A stretch of DNA of 64,000 nt from Malacoraja senta (GCA_038087875.1 CM075987.1:24244001-24308000); one strand, 5' to 3'. Shown: positions 1 through 13,125, counted from the stretch's first letter. Notes: generated from the letters alone by a model not told the origin. Program-made: numbers and translations.

Positions 1-408
1 GTTGTTGGGAACACTGAAACTGCAGAGGAAAAGTATCCAATTCCCCAGCGCCTTCTCAGGCAGTAACTTTACTTCCAACAAAATCATATTTCAATTTTTG
101 CAGCCTCTTGTCATGGGCCAATTGACTTTAAACACAATAGCCTTGAAAGCGGAAGAGAAAAATAAACATTTGCACCTTTTTTGTAACGCGCAAACCATGC
201 ATACAGAGTGTTTTGTGCCTGTTTTGCAATGTTTGTTCTCATTTCCTGTTGAAGTCCTGCGAATCAGGAAATTGGCCCGGTTAGTTCTTGCCATTATTCA
301 TCCTGACACGTGTCAGCTCCCTGTTATATGTTACATGGGTAATGTAACATGTAACAATACGTGCCACGTGTGTCTTCCGAATTCCTGGCAGAAATTGGGA
401 CCTCTGTG

Positions 409-1026
409 GGAGCAGGGAGGTTCTACTGCAGTTGTACAGGGTCTTGGTGAGACCACACCTGGAGTATTGCGTACAGTTTTGGTCTCCAAATCTGAGGAAG
501 GACATTATAGTCATAGAGGGAGTGCAGAGAAGGTTCACCAGACTGATTCCTGGGATGTCAGGACTTTCATATGAAGAAAGACTGGATAGACTTGGCTTAT
601 ACTCGCTAGAATTTAGGAGATTGAGAGGGGATCTTATAGAAACGTACAAAATTCTTATGGGGTTGGACAGGCTAGATGCAGGAAGATTGTTCCTGATGTT
701 GGGGAAGTCCAGGACAAGGGGTCACAGCTTAAGGATAAGGGGGAAATCCTTTAAGACCGAGATGAGGAAAAACGTTTTCACACAGAGAGTGGTGAATCTC
801 TGGAACTCTCTGCCACAGAGGGTAGTTGAGGCCAGTTCATTGGCTATATTTAAGAGGGAGTTAGATGTGGCCCTTGTGGCTAAAGGGATCAGGGGGTATG
901 GAGAGAAGGCAGGTACAGGATACTGAGTTGGATGATCAGCCCTGATCATATTGAATGGCGGTGCAGGCTCGAAGGGCCGAATGGCCTACTCCTGCACCTA
1001 TTTTCTATGTATCTATGTATCTATGT
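409..1026 (+). mobile_element. CR1/HER1 LINE 3' fragment (ORF2 C-terminus, 3'UTR, (TATCTATG)n tail)
   Basis: ORF 432-926 RPHLEYCVQFWSP..LGLYSLE.RRLRGDLIETYKI..FTQRVVNLWNSLP, followed by the shared 3'UTR and a short tandem tail. Confidence 0.93.
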
Positions 1027-1990
1027 AAGTTCATAAGTTGCTGGAGCAGAATGTGGAGGGTTTAGCGGTTTGAGAAACGACTACTGGAGTTTCAACCAAA
1101 AACTTGATTCGAAAGTAAGTTGCAGTACACAGGTTTGTCAAACACGTCTGACCACATCGGTGGTCAGCACTGAACTAACTCGCGCCAAGGGAAAACCGTG
1201 CGAAAACAACGGCCCCTCCCGGATCACGTGACCGCGGCTTCCGAACGCCGGGTTCGATATCTGCGTGCGCTAGGTGGCGCCGCTACAAGGGTGACGTTTC
1301 GAGTTCAGACATGCTGGTACTCCAGCATTTTGTGTCTATCTTCTTTTTTGATACAGTTTAGTTGCTTTTATACAGCTTTAAAATCCTATTACATCAATTT
1401 ACCCATCAAAACTCTTACTTATTTTAACCATATCCAAATTAATCTGCCATTACTGATTATTAATTTATTGTACTATTGATTATTGTTCATAGTAAGTTCA
1501 TACGTTCAAGGAGCAGAATTAGGCCATTCAGCCCATCAAGTCTACTCCGCCATTCAATCATGGCTAATCTATCTTTCCCTCTCAAATTCATTCTCCTGCC
1601 TTCTCCCCATAACCCCTGACACCCGTAACAATCAAGAATGTCAATCTCCGCCTTAAAAATATTGTGTCTTTATTTGTGTTATTGTATTAATGGGCTTGAA
1701 AAGCTACATTTCCAAGGCAAAGACTTTGTGTTCTCTTGTCACTGTCTTGAACAAAACTGTTCAAATCATTCTGATGCCAAGTTAAACCAGACCATTTATT
1801 CACATCACTCCAAAGCCTGCCTATTCTGTCTCTATATCTGATTCCACACTTATCTTAATTGTTCTACTCCCATAGTCTACATTCGCGATCTTTAGATTGG
1901 ATTATTGCTATTCGGTCTCCCTTATATCGTGCTCTTAAACTTGAGGTTATCCAAAATTCTGCCCAACTAACTTACAAGTAACCCTGAACT

Positions 1991-2321
1991 GGGCGGCACA
2001 GCGGTAGAGCTGCTGCCTTACACCGCCAGAGACCACGGGTTCGATCCTGACTTGGGGCGCTGTCCGCACAAAGTTTGTACGTTCTCCCCGTGACCTGCGT
2101 GGGTTTTCTCCGAGATCTTCGGTTTACTCCCACGCTCCAAAGACGTACAGGTTTGCAGGTTAATCGGCTTGGTACAAATGTATAAATGTAAAATTGTCCC
2201 TAGTCGGTGTGGGATTGTGTAAGTGTACGGGGATGGCTGGTCGGCATGGACTCGGTGGGCCGAAGGGCCTGTTTCCGCGCTGTATCTCTAAACTAAACTA
2301 AACTAAACTAAAGTAAACTAA
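1991..2321 (+). mobile_element. HE1-type tRNA-derived V-SINE. Representative copy; others at about 3971-4284-, 10453-10733+, 14680-14980-, 16627-16945-, 19125-19335-, 32453-32720+, 33636-33945-, 43675-43900-, 45913-46225-, 48222-48525+, 49367-49665+, 51645-51962-, 55891-56217-, 57733-58055-, 63416-63740+
   Basis: tRNA-like head (GCAGCGGTAGAG..GGTTCGATCC), V-domain (GTTCTCCCCGTGAC.GCGTGGGTTTTCTCC), CR1-like tail GGGCCGAAGGGCCTGTTTCC and (TAAAC)n end. Confidence 0.88.
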
Positions 2322-4363
2322 ACATCCATCGCCCTAGTTCTTGCTGACATCATGAGAAGCAACACTTTGATTTTAAAATTCCATCCTTGGTTTCCAAATC
2401 CCCTCTGCCTTGCCCCTCCCTTGTAATCTTGCATGTAATAAATACAAAAAATATTCCTTCCAATGCAAGGATTAAAGCTGTCCAGCAGTTGATTCATTCA
2501 ACAGATCAATATTAATTCCAATGATATATTGGGTATCTTTTATATATTTCACATCCTGTTTTTCACAGGTTTGAATAGTTTTACTGCTCCAATGTCCTCG
2601 GTTGCCGTCACAGCCTAATATTTTGCAGGCCATGTTCATTTTTCCATATAAGGTTCACATTTTCCATACTGACTACAACGTTACCACATCAAAGCAAATG
2701 AGACACTGGAAATATCCATTCATAAAATCACCAGCTACCTCAAAGTATCCTCAAGTCACTTGTTCCGATACATATCATGCTCGTGAAACGTGGTCTCCGT
2801 TTCAGACTGCCAAGAAAACAATTGTCAGGCCACCGAGCTGAAGAAAGAACTATCTCCTCCAACAACTACCACCCAGCTTTCCAATTACTTTCATTAATAT
2901 TACAAGTGGATTTGAAGGCAGCGGCTTTAATTCAGTAGTTGAACGTCAATGGTGATGTTTGACAATTTGTAGCCTGCAGGTAGATTGTGTAATTGCGATG
3001 GTTCAGACTCTCAGATGCCACCAGGGATTTTAGTGCAGAAGATGAGGTGGCCAGACTTCAGCCTGCATTGTAAGTATGGGCATTTATAGGATGCGTCTAG
3101 AGATTTTACACTGCATCAAATCTTCCGCTCAACCACATGGTCTGCCCCTTTGGTACCTTTGTAGCCAGAGGGTGCAAGCAGCAAAAAAAAAAATGTCTGC
3201 TTGCAAATCACACAAGAAATGGGAGACGGATTGACAGCCATAGCACCAGAATAGTGGGCGTTAAGATCCCAATATCACCACCAATGCCTTTATTCATAGA
3301 ACAAAGGAAGTCTTTGCCCAAATATTAATTCTTAACCAATGGTACTAAGTTGGTTAGTTTTAGTTGGTTTATTGTCAAGTGTACCGAGGTACAGTGAAAA
3401 GTTTTTGTTTCGGGCTGACCAGTCAGCGGAAAGACAATACATGATTACACTCGTGCCATTTACAGTGAATAGATACACGATAAGGGAATAACGTTTAGTG
3501 CGAGGTGAAGCCAGCAAAGTCCGATCAACGATAGTCCCAGGGTCACTAAAGAGGTAGATAGTAGCTCAGCACTGCTCTCTGGTTGTGGTAGGAAGATTCA
3601 TTTGCCTGATAATAGCTGGGATGTCACAGCTAATGCCTTTATTCATAGAACACAGGAAGTCTTTGCCTAAATATTCATTCTTAACCAATAGTACTGAGTA
3701 GTTCAGTTTAGTTTAGTTTTAGTTGGTTTATTGTCACGTGTACCGAGGTACAGTGAAAAATGTTTGTTGCGTGCTATTCAGTTTGTGGAAATACAATATA
3801 TAATTACAATCATGCCATTCACAATCTACAGATACATTATAAAGGGAAATAACGTGAAAATCGCAAGATAAAGTCCAGTAAAGCCCAATCAAAGATAGTC
3901 TGAGAGTCTTCAATGGGGTAGACAGTAGCTCAGGACTGCTCTGTAATTGTTGGTAGACTCCCAAGTAGTGTTTAGTTTAGCTTAGTTTATTTTAGAGATA
4001 CTGTGCCGGAACAGGCCCTTTGGCCACTGAGTCCGCGCTGACTAGCGATCCCCGTACACTACCACTATCCTACACGCTAGGGACAATTTACAATTTTCAC
4101 CCCAAATTAATCTACAAAACTGTACGTCTTTGGTGTGTGGGAGGTAACCAGAGCACCCGGAGAAAACCACCTGGTCACAGGGTGAATGTACAAACTCTGT
4201 ACAGCCAGCACCTGTAGTCAGGATCGAACCTGGGGCTATGGTGCTGTTAGGCAGCAACTATACCACTGTGCCACCATGCAGCCCAACAGTGTGAGAATAT
4301 TGTACACAGCCTCTTAAACTCATTCTACACTCATTCTTCTAAATTCTCAGTGTTAAATCAGCG

Positions 4364-4760
4364 TTTAGAAAGATGAGAGGGATTCTCATTGAAACATATA
4401 AGATTGTTAAGGGCTTGGACACGCTAGAGGCAGGTAACATGTTCCCGATGTTGGGGGAGCCCAGAACCAGGGGCCACAGTTTAAGAATAAGGAGTAAGCC
4501 ATTTAGAACGGAGACGAGGAAACACTTTTTCTCACAGAGTGGTGAGTCTGTGGAATTCTCTGCCTCAGAGGGTGGTGGAGGCAGGTTCTCTGGATGCTTT
4601 CAAGAGAGAGCTAGCTCTTAAAAATAGTCAGGGGATATGGGGAGAAGGCAGGAACGGGGTACAGATTGGGGATGATCAGCCATGATCACACTGAATGGCG
4701 GTGCTGGCTCGAAGGGCCGAATGGCCTACTCCTGCACCTATTGTCTATTGTCTATTGTCT
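4364..4760 (+). mobile_element. CR1 LINE 3' fragment
   Basis: RMRGILIETYKIVKGLD..RTRGHSLRIR, the same 3'UTR and a (CTATTGT)n tail. Confidence 0.88.
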
Positions 4761-6727
4761 AAATCCCGTGCGGTGATCAGCCTGTCGTACCAGTTTATCT
4801 TTGATCTCCGTGAATCTTATGCTATCCTCCTTCCTAGCTGTTAAAATTGCTACAAAGCTTTAACGAGGTTGCATTGAAATCATACTCACAATTGTAACAT
4901 GATCCAGCTAAGTCATATAAATCACAAGCAGTGGCAGTCCCAACAATTACTACTGAGTATTCTGAGGTAAAATAATCTGAAAAAAACTGGACCAACTACA
5001 ATTGCTCTTCTGTTCCTCAGTATATTTCATGTCATTCATTTGCTGCTCCTCTAATATTAAAGGTTACAATTTTTGCCAACAAACTTATCGTAGTTTATCA
5101 AACCTTTGGGTGTGAGTGGATTAGTATGGGAGGGTCAAGGAAAGAGCGTTCATGTCGCGGCCCTGTTTCCACCAATCTTTCCGTCACTATGCACAAGCAC
5201 AAGAAGCGCAAGATGCCATTGTACGCAGATGCCGAGAAGTGTGTTCAGCTCTGGCTGAACAATTTCTAATCTTGTGATGTGGACTCGATAAGAAGAAGAG
5301 GGATGTGGAGGCCAAGTCAATGGATACTTTTGAGGTGGAGGTTGATAGATTCTTGATTAGTACGGGTGTCAGAGGTTACGGGGAGAAGGCAGGAGAATGG
5401 GGTTGAGGGGGAAAGATGGATCACCCATGACTAAATGGCGGAGTGGGCCAAATAGCCTAATTCTGATCCTATGACTTATGAAGATGGACTTAGTCCTTAT
5501 ATGCAATACATCAGCTATCATCCAACCAACCTTTCTGTTATGTTGTCAAAAGAACAATCATAACAATGAGCATGAAGAAACTGCAGATGCTGGTTTACAC
5601 TGACGATAGTCACAAAAAGCTGGAGTAACTCAGCGGGTCAGGCAGCATCTCTGGAGAGAAGGAATGGACGACGTTTCGGGTCGTGACCCTTCTATCTAGA
5701 AATGTTGCCTATCCCGTTGAGTTACTCCAGCTAAACTAAACTAAGCTTTTTGTATAAGAAAGAACTGCAGATGCTGGTTTAAATTGAAGGTCGACACAAA
5801 ATGCTGGAGTAGCTCAGCAGGTCAGGCAGCATCTCTGGAGAGAAGGAATGGACGATGGTTCGGGTCGAGACCCTTCTTCAAACTTCTTCAAACATTTTGT
5901 ATGTACTTTGGCTCCATGCTGAATTATGAATCTAATATGAATCTGGTATGGTCCCTTGTCTTATTTCATTTTAACCTCTATTTCGACCCCCTGCGGCTGC
6001 CTCAGATACCTTTCCTTACTTCATCGTGCAGATATGTCTGTTCTGTAGCCAAACCATCTCTGAAGGCCTGACATTGCTAAGTTAATATTTTACCTGCCAA
6101 CCATTGATTCCAGGTCCCTTATCAAATCTATGAAACTTGCTCTGTCCTGGGTAGAAGGTTTCCACAATTGATTTTTTTCTTTGTCTTTCTGCGACTTTAA
6201 ATCGAACGATATTGAGTTTCCCGAATAGTTTCTCACTGAAAGACACTTTCTGTCACTCACTTGGGTTTGTTGGTTTAGAGATGCAGCGTGGAACCAGACA
6301 TGTCAAACTAAAGTCCAACCAAACCTAGGTCGACAGTAGATCACAGTTACTGAGGTAGGGTTGTAGTTAGTGCACAAATGATCAAATTTACAACACTACC
6401 TAATAAACTACTAGAGCTGACCATCTGAACCAACTTGATACTCATAATGTGTAGGTAGGAAGTGCAGATGCTGGTTTATACCGAAGCTAGACACAAAATG
6501 CTGGAGTAACTCTGTGGGTCAGGCAGCATCTCTGGAGAAAAGGGTCGGAACCCTTCTTCAGACACATTAGTCATACTCATACTCTGATACTCATACTTGC
6601 ATGAGAATCATTTAATAAATACACTGATACAATTTTAGAAAGGAATTCTAACTGACTAAATATGTACGAAGGAATTGAAGATGCTGGTTTACACCAGAGA
6701 TAGACACAAAGTAACTCAGCGGGTCAG

Positions 6728-7922
6728 ATTCCTCAGATTTGGAGACCAAAACTGTACGCAATACTCCAGGTGTGGTCTCACCAAGACCCTGTACAACTGC
6801 AGTAGAACCTCCCTGCTCCTATACTCAAATCCTTTTGCTATGAATGCTAACATACCATTCGCTTTCTTCACTGCCTGCTGCACCTGCATGCCTACTTTCA
6901 ATGACTGGTGTACCATGACACCCAGGTCTCGTTGCATCTCCCCTTTTCCTAATCGGCCACCATTCAGATAATAGTCTACTTTCCTGTTTTTGCCACCAAA
7001 GTGGATAACCTCACATTTATCCACATTATACTGCATCTGCCATGCATTTGCCCACTCACCCAGCCTATCCAAGTCACCTTGCAGCCTCCTAGCATCCTCC
7101 TCACAGCTAACACTGTCCCCCAGCTTCGTGTCATCCGCAAACTTGTTGCATTCAATTCCCTCGTCCAAATCATTAATATATATTGTAAATAGATGGGGTC
7201 CCAGCACTGAGCCTTGCGGTACCCCACTAGTCATTGCCTGCCATTGTGAAAAGGACCCGTTTACTCCTATTCTTTGCTTCCTGTCTGCCAGCCAGTTCTC
7301 TATCCACATCAATACTGAACCCCCAATACCGTGTGCTTTAAGTTTGCATACTAATCTCTTATGTGGGACCTTGTCGAAAGTCTTCTGAAAGTCCAGATAT
7401 AACACATCCACTGGTTCTCCCTTATCCACTCTACTAGTTACATCCTCGAAAAATTCTATAAGATTCGTCTGACATGATTTACCTTTCGTAAATCCATGCT
7501 GACTTTGTCCAATGATTTCACCACTTTCCAAATGTGCTGCTATCCCATCTTTAATAACTGACTCTGGCAGTTTCCCCACTACCGATGTTAGACTAACTGG
7601 TCTGTAAATCCCCGTTTTCTCTCTCCCTCCCTTTTTAAAAAGTGGGGTTACATTAGCTACCCTCCAATCCTCAGGAACTACTCCAGAATCTAAAGAGTTT
7701 TGAAAAATTATCACTAATGCATCCACTATTTCTGGGGCTACTTCCTTAAGTACTCTGGGATGCAGCCTATCTGGACCTGGGGATTTATCGGCCTTTAATC
7801 CATTCAATTTACCTAACACCACTTCCCGGCTAACCTGGATTTCACTCAGTTCCTCCATCTCATTTGACCCCCGGTCCCCTGCTATTTCCAGGCAGATTAT
7901 TTATGTCTTCCTTAGTGAAGAC
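6728..7922 (-). mobile_element. CR1-clade (HER1-like) LINE ORF2 fragment, reverse transcriptase domain
   Basis: ORF 6716-7858 has KSPGPD, YRPVSLTSVVGK, QHGF, YLDFQKTFDKVPH, GVPQGSVLGP, KFADDTKL and RPHLEYCVQFWSP. Truncated at both ends. Confidence 0.95.
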
Positions 7923-9241
7923 TGTAGATGATATATGCATGTGCCTTTAATATAGTGACCTCATCACAACTAACCACTCCCCATATCACAAGTATAACTA
8001 CAACCTCCCCACCCACAGATCGCTCTCTAGTTCCTGTGACAGACCACGTACAGCTAGTGCAATATGTAATGCTCCAGTATGAATAAAGATAGTAAAGTAA
8101 CGATGTGTCGTTATAGCATCTTTACATGGTGTCAGAAGTGGGAGCTGAACCCACTCCATCCCACTTCTGAAAGTAAAAATAAAAAAAAAATTTAAAAAAG
8201 CCCGTCAGCCTGATGTGCTCATTTTCGATTCAGACATTGCCCATCGATGGGATGTCTTCAAACGTGACTTTGACCACTATGTCACGATCGCTCATCCTGC
8301 CGCCACCCCAGAGCTCACAGCCTCTCTGCTTCTCAACTTGGCTGGTCCCGAGGCCCTGGCTCGCTCAGACTTCTTTGTCTACGCTGAGGGAGAATCTGCT
8401 CGGGACCCGGTATGTCTGGTGGCTAAGTTTAATGCTATTTGTGACATTCCAACAAACTGCATCTTAGAACGTTTTAAACTGTTCGCGTGGCGTCAGCTCC
8501 CTGGGGAATCTGCAGAGAACTATGTCGCTACCGTCATCGGCTCTGCGGGGTCGCCCAGGTCTTATCTCGTCGGCCATGCGGGAGCCATTTACCGACGGTC
8601 CCGCCAGCACTTTCGGCTCGTCAACGAGCCGCAGCCGCCCGCCGCGGATCCCTTTGCTCCCCCACTGCCGTTTCCGCGTCCGGGCGATGCTCTGCCCGTC
8701 CTTCCTAACATGCAACGGTCTACACCACCTCAACTCCTTCCGTCCCACCCTACTCCGGCTAGTCCTCGCTCGCCTGCCCGCGCTCTGCCCGCTCCTGATC
8801 CCGCATCACCTCCGGTTCTGGTGCCGCCGTCTCCTCCGTCTCCTCCCGTTTCCCCCTTTCCGGTTCGTCTGTCCCCATCGGTGCCTCTTCTTCCTGCCGG
8901 AAGGGAGGATGGCGAGATGCGAACCCGGTCAGGATGTCTTGTCAAACTGCCTGTCCGCTATGGCGATTTTGTCCTAGCGCATGAGCCGTGGTCGCCCTGT
9001 CACTATGGTATTTGCCTGTCGTTTCCAAGGGGAAGGATGTAGATGATATATGCATGTGCCTTTAATATAGTGACCTCATCACTACTAACCACTCCCCATA
9101 TCACAATTATAACTACAACCTCCCCACCCACAGATCGCTCTCTAGTTCCTGTGACAGACCACGTACAGCTAGTGCAATATGTAATGCTCCAGTATGAATA
9201 AAGATAGTAAAGTAACGATGTGTAGTTATAGCTTCTTTACA
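7923..9241 (+). mobile_element. Complete miniature (internally deleted) Ty3/Gypsy-type LTR retrotransposon
   Basis: 204-bp TG..CA LTRs at 7923-8126 and 9038-9241 (4 mismatches). 5-bp TSD AAGAC (7918-7922 and 9242-9246). PBS TGGTGTCAGAAGTGGGA (tRNA-Leu) at 8127-8143. PPT AAGGGGAAGGA before the 3' LTR. AATAAA in the LTR. Confidence 0.95.
8215..9042 (+). pseudogene. Gag N-terminal fragment fused in frame to the integrase C-terminal tail; no ATG at the Gag start, no PR/RT/RH/IN core
   Basis: PDVLIFDSDIAHRWDVFKRDF..LLLNLAGPEALAR..ERFKLFAWRQLPGESAENYV is Gypsy Gag-like. It runs into SPRSYLV..YRRSRQHF, a Pro-rich stretch and RTRSGCLVKLPVRYGDFV, typical of Gypsy Pol C-termini. Confidence 0.75.
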
Positions 9242-12200
9242 AAGACTAAACTTCGTTTTGAAGAAGTGGCAACTTCACCAAAGACGTTTTAAGTTCCCAA
9301 AAATCCTTTGGTCATATTTCTTACGGATCTTGCTGTAATGCCAAATGTGGATGTGTTGTAAATAATTTAAGGAATGGGGACTAGTGGTTGTTACCAGGGA
9401 TGAATGCAGAGTGGGGAAGTGCAAAGAATTCATTGTCTTCTGCTTCGATGTCAGCATCTCATCCATTTGAGAATGTATGAAATAGTCGGCCAAATGGCCT
9501 CTCCCATTGAGTCCATGCCAAACATCCATCTCACAGATGAGGAGGAATGTCTTTAGTCAGAAGGTGGTGAATCTGTGGAATTCATTGCCACAGACGGCTG
9601 TGGAGGCCAAGTCAAGGCATATTTTTAAGGTTGAGATTGTTAATTTCTTGATTAGTACAGGTGTCAGGGGTTATGGGGAGAAGGCAGGAGAGAGAAAGAT
9701 AGATCAGCCATGATTGAATGGCCATTCGGCCCATCAAGTCTACTCCACCATTCAATCATGGCTGATCTATCTCTCCCCTTTAACCCCATTTTCCTGCCTT
9801 CTCCCCATAATCTCTGACACCCGTACTAATCAAGAATCTATCTCTCTCTGCCTTAAATGTATCCACTGCTTTCTGTGGAAAATAATTCCACATATTCACC
9901 ACCCTCTTTAAAGCTTCTTCCTAATTCCTTTCTCCCTGATAGATCAGTTTAAGTCCCTCTATGCAGCACTGGTTAAACTCCAACTTACTGCAAGGATATT
10001 GATCCCAGCCGTGTGAAGGTGCATCCTGTGTACAGAACTGCTCCTAATATCTCCTTGAACCTCTCCCTCCACCAGCACTTCCCAGCCATACATTAACTTG
10101 ATTTATCCTGTGCTTGGATATGTGACCTTTACCGCCTGCTATATACATAAGTGATCTGGATGTGAATGTAGGAGTTATGATAAGTATGATCTGTGGAGAC
10201 ACAAAAATGTCACGTCCATTCCTTTCACAGATGCTACCTGATCTGCTGAGTTACCCTGGCGCTTTGCGTTTTACTTATTCAGCAGCACAGTTATGCCTCT
10301 GACTCCGCAATTCATCCTCTTTTGGGGCAATGTTCCTCTTTTTCTATGTTATTATGCGGATTATATGTCTGGAAAAGGTTTGTGTGTCCACATGATATTA
10401 ATATATAATCGGTTCCTATTTCCTTTTTATAATTTCTCTTGTATACTACATAGGGCAGCAGCGGCAGAGACCCGGATTCGATCCCGACCACGGGTGCTGT
10501 CTGTACGGAGTTTGTACGTTCTCCCCGTGACCGCGCGGGTTTTCTCCGAGATCTTCGGTTTCCCCCACATTCCAAAGACGGACAGGTTTGTAGGTTAATT
10601 AGCTTGGTATAAGTTGTAAATTGTCCCTAGTGTGTGTAGGATAGTGTTAATGTGTGGTGATCGTAGATCGATGCAGACACGGTGGGCAGAAGGTCCTGTT
10701 TTTGCGCTGTATCTCGAAAATAAACTAAACTAAACCTTTTGTATGTACGTTGGTTCTCTGCTGAATTATGAATCTAATGTGCTTCTAATATGGTCCCATG
10801 TCTTATATCATTTTAATCTCTATTTCTATCTCCTGCCTCAGATACTTTTCCTTTCTTCATCCTGGGGATATGCCCTGTAGCCCAACTATCTCCACTTCAA
10901 AGGCCTGGCATTCTTCACGAGAAGGATCCCAACCCGAAACGTCACCTATCCATGTCCTCTGGAGATGCTGCCTGCCCCGCTGAGTTACTCCAGCACTTCG
11001 TGTCTTTTTTTTTTGTAAACCAGCATCTGCTGTTCCTTGTTTCTTCAATCCGTAGTCTCTTTTGCAGCTGCTGAAACTCTGCAACCTTAAATCTATCTGT
11101 AGCATTGATTGCAAAGATCACAACATCAGCCATTTCCCCTACTGCGCAAGATATTTTTTTCAAGCATTCAGTAATGTCCCAGAGCTGAGCACCAGGGAGC
11201 CGGGTCACTATGCAAGACCGAAGCAGAAAATAGTGGAAACACTCAGCAGGTCAGGCAGCCTCTGTGGAAAGAGAAACAAGGTTAATCTTTCATTTCCGAG
11301 ACCCTCGGTCAGATTTCAAACACATGGAGTTCTTTTGATTTTCACATCACGTGAGGTTTGTACTGATAGTTTCAGAAACACCTGATAGGATAGGAGAGGT
11401 TTAGAGGGATTATAGGCCAAACGCAGACAGGTGGGACTAGTGTAGCTGGGACATGTTGGTCAGTGTGTGCAAGAGGGGCCGAAGGGCCTGTATCCATGCT
11501 GTATCACTCTATGGCTCCATAACGCTATTACACCGCTCTATCCTCTTGAAAGTTAATTCTCCTATAATACATTTACAAATATATTTCATTTGGGTAGCTT
11601 ACAACCCAATGGTATGAAATTTGATTTCTCTAACTTCAAGTAACCCTTGCTTTCCCTCTCCCTCCATCCCTCCTCACCCTAGTTCTCTGACTAGTTTCAC
11701 TGTCCTTCTGATTAATATTACTGATTGCTCACCTCATTGTCACCTTCCCCTCAGCTAAAAATTAAACCATTCTACATTTCCTTATCGTCGTCTGCTTTGA
11801 TTTGACGTTTTCGCACCTTGCCCTTAGATATCTCCAGACTCCCTCTCCCCTGACTCTCAGTCTGAAGAAGGGTCTCGACTGGTCTGCTCGCGTCCGGCTC
11901 CGCTGGCTTGTGTGTGAGAGAGAGAGAGAGGGAGCGGGTCTTTGTGTAGTGCCGTAATACCATGTGAAGGGTGGCGTGCACATATCTGGTGATGGTTATA
12001 AATGGCATGAATTAATAAGGGTCAATCTACAGAAACGTCACCCATTCCTTCTCTCCAGAGATGCTGCCTGTCCCACTGAGTTACTCCAGCACATTGTGTC
12101 TATCTTTGGTGGACTGTATAACCAGCATCTGCACTTCATTCCAATACATTTATGGACTTTGGTTTGATTTGATGCACGGTAGTGTGAAGGTGCTTTAAAC

Positions 12201-12379
12201 TGCAATCTGTTGTGAAGCAGCAGTTCTTACCACTGTGTTACTGGCTTTATTTAAACCAACTTCATTTACCAGTAGACCCAATGATATGATGAATAGATTT
12301 AACTGTTTTAATTAATTTAAATGAAGCAGGAACAAAACAATTATTTTAAACAGTTCGATAGATTCACTGGAGAAGGAGA

Positions 12380-12765
12380 TCCTGGATATAACATATAACA
12401 TTCTTAAGGGATTGGACAGGCTAGATGCAGGAAAAATGGTCCCGATGTTGGCGGAGTCCAGAACCAGGGGTAACGGTTTAAGAATAAGGGGCAGGCCATT
12501 TAGGACTGAGATGAGGAAAAACATTTTCACCCAGAGAGTTGTGAATCTGTGGAATTCTCTGCCACAAAAGGCAGTGGAGGCCAATTCACTGGATGTATTC
12601 AAGAGAGAGCTAGATATAGATCTTGGGGCTAATGGAATTAAGGGATATGGGGAAAAAGCAGGAACGGGGTACTGATTCTGGATGGTCAGCCATGATCATA
12701 TTGAATGGCGATGCTGGCTCGAAGGGCCGAATGGCCTACTACTGCACCTACTTTTGATGCTTCTC
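12380..12765 (+). mobile_element. CR1 LINE 3' fragment
   Basis: DRLDAGKMVPM..FTQRVVNLWNSLPQKAVEA plus the 3'UTR. Confidence 0.88.
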
Positions 12766-12935
12766 ACTGAATGATTGCAGAAAGAAAGACATTTGTGTTA
12801 ATTACTTCAAGAATCAAGAGAGTTTCATTGTCATGTGTCCCAGATAGAACAATGAAACTCTTACTTGCAGCAGCACAACAGAATGTGTAAACATAGGACA
12901 CTGTAAACAATATAATAAGCAAGAGAAAAAAAGTT

Positions 12936-13125
<190 letters not shown>

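Noticed and set aside
2..574. 190-aa ORF at the window start
   Set aside because: No recognisable homology, and its 3' third is an off-frame reading of a CR1 fragment.
1991..2060. tRNA genes at SINE heads
   Set aside because: These are A/B-box heads of HE1 SINEs continuing into the V-domain; no cloverleaf.
6716..7858. Active or domesticated reverse transcriptase
   Set aside because: No endonuclease domain, truncated at both ends, and carries a small deletion before FADD; an ordinary CR1 relic.
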